64,000 bases of DNA from positions 7,592 through 71,591 of IMG/VR virus record IMGVR_UViG_3300030329_001630. One strand, written 5' to 3'. This stretch comes from a virus. Below, piece after piece: positions 55,021 to 61,457 of this stretch. The position numbers and the translations under genes were made by a program. The notes beneath the pieces are model-generated. The model made no database searches and was not told the origin of the DNA. It saw only the letters and a program-made list of their open reading frames with translations. Each line of letters begins with the position of its first letter. Positions within the stretch are counted from its first letter, which is position 1.

Positions 55021-56711
55021 TGTTTAAATTTCCTCAACAACCTATTCCTAAACGGCTCGGGGGTCTTCATCCGAAACTCCTTACCGTTAACTTCTACTTT
55101 ACCAATAGTACGGTCATAGGCAATAGCCATAATACGCCTATCGTCGTTCATCCAGTCTTTCACTACGGCCTCCTGACGGGCGATCTCAGACGTTTCAATC
55201 ATCTTATCGACGTTGACCCCCATTGCTTCCTCCCAATAGCTCACAGAGGCTGCTAGTGCGTCTACGCGGTCATCGTGAGCAAGGCTTCCCCGTACCTCTG
55301 TGATACGAGTTATTTGTTTCTGGGTCTTTTCCTGACGGATAGACTTTCGGTCAATAACTAAACGATGGGAAGCCATGACTGGTTCAAGGGTATCGATAAT
55401 TCTTTTATTCTTATTTCCGGTGACCCGATACTCTTCGATTCCCGCTTTACAGCCCATGCGCTGCATGACGGGCAGCAGAATCTGACCGAACATAGCGTCA
55501 CCAAAGTTTGACTCAAATCGAATTAACTTTACATCCGTTTCGATTGCGACTTGTACGATCTTTTTAAGCGTCCCTTCGTCGTACCCACCTTCGTAACCCA
55601 ATAGCTCCGTAACAAAAACATAACCATTAAGATAACCACTAACGCAAACGGCTGTTTCATCAGCCCCTCTTCCGCTTGGGTCAATATGCATGACTTTTTG
55701 GACATAAGGTTGGTAATTTTGAGAAATCCACATAGGTTCATAAATGACATCTCCGCTTAACCCAAAAGAGGGCATTGATTTATTAATCTGTTTAGAGGCC
55801 CACACTACTTTCTCGGGGGCTACCTCATAATCAAGATCTAATACCACCAAATCAGCCAACTTAAGAGGATATCTTTCGGCATCCGCTAAGGTCGTATCGA
55901 GGTGGTAGTGCAAAGAAAACAATTTAGGTCCAACTTTTGCTTTACGCTCCATTAGGAGATCCAGCGGGAATCGCTCAGGTTGAGTGGATTCTCCGGGCTG
56001 AAGATCTAATTCTTTAATGTAATCCGCGCAGTTTTCAATCTGACCTTCTACAGAAGCGTCAGGCATCAGAGCCGGGAACTTGTGGATCGGATACCCATCA
56101 GCCATCTTACGGTAGATAGACTCCGAGGTTTGAGGCGTACCCAGAATGCGTACACCGCCTTCTCCGGGGTTACGGATCTGCTCGATCTCCCAGACTTTCG
56201 TGAGAAGCCGCTCACGGCTCTCTGCCGTCTCGGAGTTCTTTTCGATCTCCACATCATCTAGAATCACCCAATCGGCGTGTGACCCGGTTATCTGGCCTGT
56301 AACACCACGGGCAAAGCAACTCATATCCTGACCGTGGGCAGTACGGTTTTCGACGTTGAATCCAAAAGCATTATCCTTAGTGTTTGGTCCGGGTTCCATG
56401 TGTTGACAATACGGGACAAGGGACAGAATACGGCGAGTCATAGAAATAAACTCTGTAGACTTATTAGCCGTAGCTGACATAACCATTACAGTTGTATTAG
56501 GATCCTTTAAAAGAAGCCATGAGGCAAAGCAAGCTGTCAAGACAGACTTACCGGCACCACGGCCAGCCTGAAGCTGGAAGCCGTCAGGACCATGCTGAAG
56601 CTTTTCAGCCATAGCGTACTGTAATGGCGTAGGCTCCCCCAAGCCTAGATATTTAAAACAAGCCCATAAATGGTTTCTAAAGTCTTCGATCATTTCTGGG
56701 GGTATATTCAT
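55017..56711 (-). CDS. terL: Terminase large subunit (T7 gp19-like)
   Basis: QAGRGAGKS, GQITGSHAD..ILDDVE, LGTPQT, YPLKLADL, IDPSGRGADET, ESNFGD and HDDRVDALA. Confidence 0.95.
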   Translation of the reverse strand: MNIPPEMIEDFRNHLWACFKYLGLGEPTPLQYAMAEKLQHGPDGFQLQAGRGAGKSVLTACFASWLLLKDPNTTVMVMSATANKSTEFISMTRRILSLVPYCQHMEPGPNTKDNAFGFNVENRTAHGQDMSCFARGVTGQITGSHADWVILDDVEIEKNSETAESRERLLTKVWEIEQIRNPGEGGVRILGTPQTSESIYRKMADGYPIHKFPALMPDASVEGQIENCADYIKELDLQPGESTQPERFPLDLLMERKAKVGPKLFSLHYHLDTTLADAERYPLKLADLVVLDLDYEVAPEKVVWASKQINKSMPSFGLSGDVIYEPMWISQNYQPYVQKVMHIDPSGRGADETAVCVSGYLNGYVFVTELLGYEGGYDEGTLKKIVQVAIETDVKLIRFESNFGDAMFGQILLPVMQRMGCKAGIEEYRVTGNKNKRIIDTLEPVMASHRLVIDRKSIRQEKTQKQITRITEVRGSLAHDDRVDALAASVSYWEEAMGVNVDKMIETSEIARQEAVVKDWMNDDRRIMAIAYDRTIGKVEVNGKEFRMKTPEPFRNRLLRKFKQ

Positions 56712-56712
56712 A

Positions 56713-57051
56713 TTATTTCCTTCTTGGTCTTATAGCTAAGGGCATACAAGCTAATAGTAATAGTGCCCCCGGTCCCGGTATATTTGACGCGGAAAGATCA
56801 TCTACTTGGGACTTTACCGAATTTAAAGTTTCTAGCCACGCTATTAAACTATCTAACGTTTCTTTCCCAAACACAGCACCAATACCAATGACAATACACA
56901 TTAAAATAAAAACCTTTTTATCTAATTTTTGAATTTTTTGGTCTTTGCTTTTATTTGCTTTCTGACACTGGGTTAATTCGTATTGTAGATGATCCGATTC
57001 TTTTTTACGACAGTATTCACAAATTTGTTCTGGTTCTTTAAGCAAGCTCAC
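56713..57051 (-). CDS. Membrane protein with a C-terminal PEP-CTERM-like sorting signal
   Basis: Coiled coil, TM helix (VFILMCIVIGIGAVFG), then IPGPGALLLLACMPLAIRPRRK at the C-terminus. Confidence 0.6.
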   Translation of the reverse strand: MSLLKEPEQICEYCRKKESDHLQYELTQCQKANKSKDQKIQKLDKKVFILMCIVIGIGAVFGKETLDSLIAWLETLNSVKSQVDDLSASNIPGPGALLLLACMPLAIRPRRK

Positions 57052-57302
57052 TTACGGCCTCTGTTTCTGGCCCGATTACGAGAAGCTTTTTCTTTAACGA
57101 CACGACCCGATTTAGTATGGGACATATCTTTACCGTCACCGTTACCATAAGTACCTGCCTTACGGTTAGCAGCGTTTAATTTAGCTCGATACTTTCTGCG
57201 TTCAGGTGTACTATGATAAGCTGTATCGTACTTCTTTTTCTTAGCTTTAGATTGTGGGTTTTTATCATAATAATGTTTAGAGTTCTTTTTTCCTGCTGGC
57301 AT
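57048..57302 (-). CDS. Small basic HNH-like protein
   Basis: RAKLNAANRK...GDGKDMSH...ASRNRARN, a pattern typical of minimal HNH-like proteins next to podovirus terminases. Confidence 0.6.
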   Translation of the reverse strand: MPAGKKNSKHYYDKNPQSKAKKKKYDTAYHSTPERRKYRAKLNAANRKAGTYGNGDGKDMSHTKSGRVVKEKASRNRARNRGRK

Positions 57303-57318
57303 AGTATCTCCTTAAATG

Positions 57319-57385
57319 CCCACCTTGGATTTCACCCCAAGGTGGGACTCTGACTGGTCCTGCCGGTAAGTTCAACAGAACCAAG
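57319..57385 (-). other. Intergenic double hairpin downstream of the small terminase gene
   Basis: Perfect 10-bp stem CCCACCTTGG/CCAAGGTGGG (57319-57346) preceded by TGGTTCTG/CAGGACCA. No clear U-tract. Confidence 0.5.
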
Positions 57386-57393
57386 GCGCGAAA

Positions 57394-57594
57394 TCACGTA
57401 CCGAATTTAAACGGAGGATCTAACGACATCTTATTAACAGTCTGTTCGATGCCTTCGAGATCAATTTCGTCCTTAAAGTCAACAATCACACGGCACACAA
57501 CCTGATAAAGACCGGGTGTGCATTTAGATGGGTCATCAAGATCTTCTGACAACCTATTAATTAATTTGTTTTTTAGTGCTGAGATATTACTCAT
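57394..57594 (-). CDS. Putative terminase small subunit (T7 gp18-like)
   Basis: 66-aa helical protein upstream of terL, ending DPPFKFGT. Size and position fit. Confidence 0.55.
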   Translation of the reverse strand: MSNISALKNKLINRLSEDLDDPSKCTPGLYQVVCRVIVDFKDEIDLEGIEQTVNKMSLDPPFKFGT

Positions 57595-57603
57595 AGCTCT
57601 CCA

Positions 57604-58056
57604 TTAGGTGGATGCGACAAATACCTCTACATCAACGTCAGCAGTATTGGCCTGAGCATTAAATGTATCGATCTCAGAGAATGCAGACCAAGCTGCTCCG
57701 TTAGTAAACGCCTCAAGATCGTCGTTATACATACAGAAAGTTTGACCTGCCTCAAGCTTGACATAAGCGGTATCACCACTAGTGTCTAACATACCCAGAG
57801 TAATGTAGTTAGTATTGTCTTTGTTAGTAATTCTAATATACTTAATATTAGCTTTAAGGAATGCTCCAGCACCCACGGTAGCACCGAGAGTAAGAAGCGT
57901 TCTAGCTGCCGAAGTATCGACAGTAACAATTCGATGATCAACTTCATTAATAGAAGCAATCGTTAACGTGTTAGTAACTCCACGGTCAACTCCGTTAAGA
58001 GTCACAGACTCAGTGTGAGTCACAGTAAGTGTAGCTGGTGTGATTGTAGATGACAT
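57604..58056 (-). CDS. Hypothetical beta-rich (probably structural) protein
   Basis: ATLTVT..E.VTLNG...KYIRITNKD...N.I...DVEVFVAS pattern, common in marine phage proteins. Confidence 0.65.
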   Translation of the reverse strand: MSSTITPATLTVTHTESVTLNGVDRGVTNTLTIASINEVDHRIVTVDTSAARTLLTLGATVGAGAFLKANIKYIRITNKDNTNYITLGMLDTSGDTAYVKLEAGQTFCMYNDDLEAFTNGAAWSAFSEIDTFNAQANTADVDVEVFVAST

Positions 58057-58059
58057 TGT

Positions 58060-58230
58060 TTATCTCCCTGATCTTGCTTTTCTGGTTGCGGTAGAGTTAG
58101 ACGTTCGTTTCACCGCTCTCTTTGCTTTTAAATTCGTAGTGGGGACTTTAAGTGATTTTCCTGCTCTCCCGCGTCCTTTTTTAGCAGTGGCTTTTTTCTT
58201 TCTATCTTTTTTATCTTTGTAAAGCGCCAT
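58060..58230 (-). CDS. Small Lys/Arg-rich protein (56 aa)
   Basis: My translation: MALYKDKKDRKKKATAKKGRGRAGKSLKVPTTNLKAKRAVKRTSNSTATRKARSGR. AAGGAG RBS. Confidence 0.55.
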   Translation of the reverse strand: MALYKDKKDRKKKATAKKGRGRAGKSLKVPTTNLKAKRAVKRTSNSTATRKARSGR

Positions 58231-58242
58231 GATTTCTCCTTA

Positions 58243-59286
58243 TTATCCAACAACTGATACTCTAGGAGGATCAGATTTATACGGATGTGCTGCGGGTAAA
58301 GACCCGGTTTGTAAATATTTGTGAGCCAAGTAGCCCTCTAATTTTTTAGCGATTGTCTCATATGTAGTCGCATCATCATCGTCCTGTTTAAAATAAATTA
58401 CTTCAAATAATTCACCAAGGAAAGGACTATTGGGAGTAGTAGCAATGTTATTCATAACCATTAACTCATCGGGGCTACTAAGATCCAGTGTAGCGGTACT
58501 ACCACTTGCTGATCCTGCGTCCGTACCATTAATACGAAGCGAAGCAACATTATTTTTACTACCTGCTACAAAGATATAAGTTGTATCCGCAGCTATCGAC
58601 GAGTTCCATCTATTTGTAGTAAGCTTATATTGTGTTCTTACAGAAGTACCAGAAGTCATATAGAGGGCAAAGCTACCGTCTGCGGTAAGTTGACCAAGAT
58701 TTACTAAATATTGAGTAGCTGTTGATGAAGAATGCGTTTTTAAAAAGACGGCTACGCCAAAATTTTCTGCTGATACGTCTACATTAAAGTTAGTCGTTAA
58801 AGAGATATCTTTAACAAGGTTATCAGCCGCAGCAGCCGTAGCACTTCTGAATGAATTTAAAGTAGTTGCAGCTTTAGCGTTTAAAATAGGTTTATCAGCA
58901 CCAACTGATTGTTCTACATTATTGCCAATACCAGAGTTATCAGCCCAAGATTCTACAAAGTCACTTCCATCAGTAGGCTGCTCAAAAGTTTCAGGTTTTA
59001 ACCAAAGTTTTGTTGACATACTCTCAACTAAAATAGGAGTTTGGATCGGCCCTAATTTATAATTCCAGTTCCTTTCCCACATTTCGGGAATCCTATAAGG
59101 AACAGTATAGCCCTCTAAAATACCCTCTCTTAAAGCAAGGATATAATCCTCTGTACCTCTACCTAAAAGAATATTCCTATTTTGTTTAAGAGAACAGTCT
59201 GTATCCCCATTAACAGGACCATCAATGGTTAATGACATAAGAGGGTCTAACGAAGAATAAGAGGTTGTTCTTGCTGATTTAGCCAT
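58243..59286 (-). CDS. Concanavalin A-like / LamG-like domain virion protein (putative receptor-binding)
   Basis: LWLK...WADNSG.GN...Q, beta-sandwich core, F.GEL.EVI, and EGYLAHKY...LPAAHPYK motifs. Confidence 0.7.
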   Translation of the reverse strand: MAKSARTTSYSSLDPLMSLTIDGPVNGDTDCSLKQNRNILLGRGTEDYILALREGILEGYTVPYRIPEMWERNWNYKLGPIQTPILVESMSTKLWLKPETFEQPTDGSDFVESWADNSGIGNNVEQSVGADKPILNAKAATTLNSFRSATAAAADNLVKDISLTTNFNVDVSAENFGVAVFLKTHSSSTATQYLVNLGQLTADGSFALYMTSGTSVRTQYKLTTNRWNSSIAADTTYIFVAGSKNNVASLRINGTDAGSASGSTATLDLSSPDELMVMNNIATTPNSPFLGELFEVIYFKQDDDDATTYETIAKKLEGYLAHKYLQTGSLPAAHPYKSDPPRVSVVG

Positions 59287-59294
59287 CTAATACC

Positions 59295-59387
59295 TCACTT
59301 TTTCTTCTTCTTTTTCTTAACCTTTGGAGCCGTAACAACTTTTTTTACTTTAGCTTTACCTGTCTTTTTTCCGTACATTCCGGGCAT
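59295..59387 (-). CDS. Tiny Lys-rich peptide (30 aa)
   Basis: MPGMYGKKTGKAKVKKVVTAPKVKKKKKK with AAGGAG RBS. Confidence 0.45.
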   Translation of the reverse strand: MPGMYGKKTGKAKVKKVVTAPKVKKKKKKK

Positions 59388-59389
59388 AA

Positions 59390-59563
59390 TTAATCTCCTT
59401 TTTCTAGTGAACGAAGACGCTCTTCGTGATCTTCTGTTAATTTAAAAATAGTTTTTAACTGCTCTGTTAAAGCAGCAATTTGAATGTTCATTTTCCAAAG
59501 CATACCAATAATCCCCGTGCCGATTAAAAGTTCGACAAAAGGAATAATATTTGTAGTATTCAT
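59390..59563 (-). CDS. Small TM plus coiled-coil protein (lysis-cassette candidate)
   Basis: My translation: MNTTNIIPFVELLIGTGIIGMLWKMNIQIAALTEQLKTIFKLTEDHEERLRSLEKGD. AGGAG RBS. Confidence 0.55.
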   Translation of the reverse strand: MNTTNIIPFVELLIGTGIIGMLWKMNIQIAALTEQLKTIFKLTEDHEERLRSLEKGD

Positions 59564-59565
59564 GA

Positions 59566-59976
59566 CTATCTCCTAGAACTGACAGCGGACTGCCCAAAAT
59601 AAAAACCAATAATAGCAATAAGGGCTGTGCGTAATTCAGTAACAAGAAGAAATCCTTTGACTTCATGGAATTGCTCTGTAAATAATCCAAAGATACCGCC
59701 AAACTCTCCTTCTACCCATGTAGGGATTCCAAAGAATGAGAGAATGAAAGGGGCACCAACCATTGCAAATAAAACACTGATAACAATGAATCGCCGTACC
59801 CACGTACCACCCGCACCGCCCCGTGCCTCCGCACGGTCAGCAGAGTCATCGGCAGCAGCTTGGGTTTTAATAGCCAACTCAGCAAGAGCCGACTGTCGTT
59901 CTACCATAGAGCCAATTAATTTGAAGATAAAACCGGAGACACCTCCGCCGATAAGGGACAGCAATTCAACTGGCAT
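59566..59976 (-). CDS. Putative holin (3-TM type)
   Basis: N-terminal hydrophobic helix, WVRRFIV TM segment, and C-terminal AIIGFYFG. Confidence 0.65.
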   Translation of the reverse strand: MPVELLSLIGGGVSGFIFKLIGSMVERQSALAELAIKTQAAADDSADRAEARGGAGGTWVRRFIVISVLFAMVGAPFILSFFGIPTWVEGEFGGIFGLFTEQFHEVKGFLLVTELRTALIAIIGFYFGQSAVSSRR

Positions 59977-59979
59977 GGC

Positions 59980-60069
59980 TTAACCCTCCCAGATAGTCTT
60001 AGCAAAGACTTTGAGTGCTTCCCAAAAACCTTTGAAAAAATTCACAAATGTTTTAAAAATAGCTTTCAT
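59980..60069 (-). CDS. 29-aa amphipathic cationic peptide
   Basis: MKAIFKTFVNFFKGFWEALKVFAKTIWEG with a GAGG RBS. It fills the gap immediately upstream of the holin. Confidence 0.55.
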   Translation of the reverse strand: MKAIFKTFVNFFKGFWEALKVFAKTIWEG

Positions 60070-60076
60070 ATTAACC

Positions 60077-60349
60077 TCATTTCTTTTTCTTTAAAAAAGC
60101 ATTAAAAGTAATAGCAAAAGCTAATCTTTCTGCGGCTGTATTATTATCTGCCGGAGTAAATACAATAGTTGATCCAGATCCATCTGCAATTGTAGTAAAT
60201 GAACTCTGAACTCCAGTATTTCCTCCAGTAGCCGGATCAACACACTGATATGCAGTAACTAAAGCTTGGTCTGTATTCGCCCAAGCGAGGGACGCAATAT
60301 TTCCAATAAGTGTCTGACCCGAAGTAGTGGGGGTTGTGTTTAATGCCAT
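60077..60349 (-). CDS. Small virion-type protein, paralogous ends with the upstream gene
   Basis: Starts MALNTTPTT and ends AFLKKKK. GAGGTG RBS. Confidence 0.6.
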   Translation of the reverse strand: MALNTTPTTSGQTLIGNIASLAWANTDQALVTAYQCVDPATGGNTGVQSSFTTIADGSGSTIVFTPADNNTAAERLAFAITFNAFLKKKK

Positions 60350-60358
60350 GACATCACC

Positions 60359-61192
60359 TCATTTCTTTTTCTTTTTGTAAGCAAGGAAAGCCCTTGCAAC
60401 TCTTCTTGCTCTCCCTAACTGGGTAGCATCTGCGGTTGTAGTAGGGGACGTAAGTTCTGTACTATTGTTAACTCTAGTTAACCCAGCTTTTTCGTCAGAT
60501 CCAGCTACGCTATTTACAAACTTACCTTCAATAACTAATTCATCTTCAAAAGGAACACGTTTACTTAATCCTCCTGTAAATGACAGGGGGAACGTTTGTT
60601 CTAAGTCGGTCCAAGTACCTGTAATAACAGTACCGGGATTGGCAGAACCATCGGTATTTGTGCCATCTCCTGCTGTACCGGCTGACCAAGTATAGAAATT
60701 AATAGTAGTATTACCAGAAGTACCGGGATCGTTTTGTGTAAAACTTAAAGAAACTTTACCGTTTGTTGTATTATCTCCCTCTTGCACTAAAGTAAATAAC
60801 GTATTTTGTGTAGAACTTGCGTTTTCAACAGCAAGTCTAATTTGAGTTATAGTATCTCCTTCTAAAAGAGCATTTGTTAGTCCTACTGTAATACCAGCAA
60901 CGTTACTTTTTCTAGTACCGCCGATATTATCTCCAGCAGCTACTACCACTCCTGTTCCTACAGCAGTTCCACCACCACTAGTATCGTTCCTACTAAATAC
61001 ATAATTTTGAGAAACTCCGCTTGAGCTAACAAGGTTAAAATAATCTCCTGTATTAGGATTAGCCCAAGCATTACCTGCGTCCCCATCTGCTACATTAATA
61101 GCTGTTTCAGCTTTACCGTCATCATCAGTACTGCCGTACCGCCATGTGTGTCCACCTAAGAGGCCCGTAGTAGACGTAGTATTTAAAGTCAT
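60359..61192 (-). CDS. Virion-type protein containing one copy of the domain repeated in tail tubular B
   Basis: Starts MTLNTTSTT and ends AFLAYKKKKK. Internal ...FTQNDPGTSGNTTI...FTGG. Confidence 0.65.
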   Translation of the reverse strand: MTLNTTSTTGLLGGHTWRYGSTDDDGKAETAINVADGDAGNAWANPNTGDYFNLVSSSGVSQNYVFSRNDTSGGGTAVGTGVVVAAGDNIGGTRKSNVAGITVGLTNALLEGDTITQIRLAVENASSTQNTLFTLVQEGDNTTNGKVSLSFTQNDPGTSGNTTINFYTWSAGTAGDGTNTDGSANPGTVITGTWTDLEQTFPLSFTGGLSKRVPFEDELVIEGKFVNSVAGSDEKAGLTRVNNSTELTSPTTTADATQLGRARRVARAFLAYKKKKK

Positions 61193-61193
61193 G

Positions 61194-61448
61194 TTATTCC
61201 TCTTTCTTTTTATATCCCATCATTTTATTAAGGGCTTCTCTTCGTTTTTGACAAGGCGCACAGGGTTTTACTTTACCTGCGGTAGCCTTACTAATAACAT
61301 TTTTAACGGTATCACCAAGTCCTCTTGATGGTCCGCTGTATTCCGAGCAACCCCCACAATCTTCTTCTGTAGGAGTACCTTCATACTTTCCGATCTCACA
61401 AAATCTTTTTTTCTGTTCTTTGTAAACCGTTAAATGGGTACAAGACAT
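61194..61448 (-). CDS. Small Cys-rich protein (RGLGD...CxxC..RR..LN type)
   Basis: CEIG...CGGC...SRGLGDTV...KPCAPCQKRREALN. Confidence 0.65.
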   Translation of the reverse strand: MSCTHLTVYKEQKKRFCEIGKYEGTPTEEDCGGCSEYSGPSRGLGDTVKNVISKATAGKVKPCAPCQKRREALNKMMGYKKKEE

Positions 61449-61457
61449 ACATTCTCC

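Noticed and set aside
57319-57346. Rho-independent terminator after terS
   Set aside because: The stem is strong but there is no U-tract, and it abuts the next RBS. It is recorded only as a hairpin.
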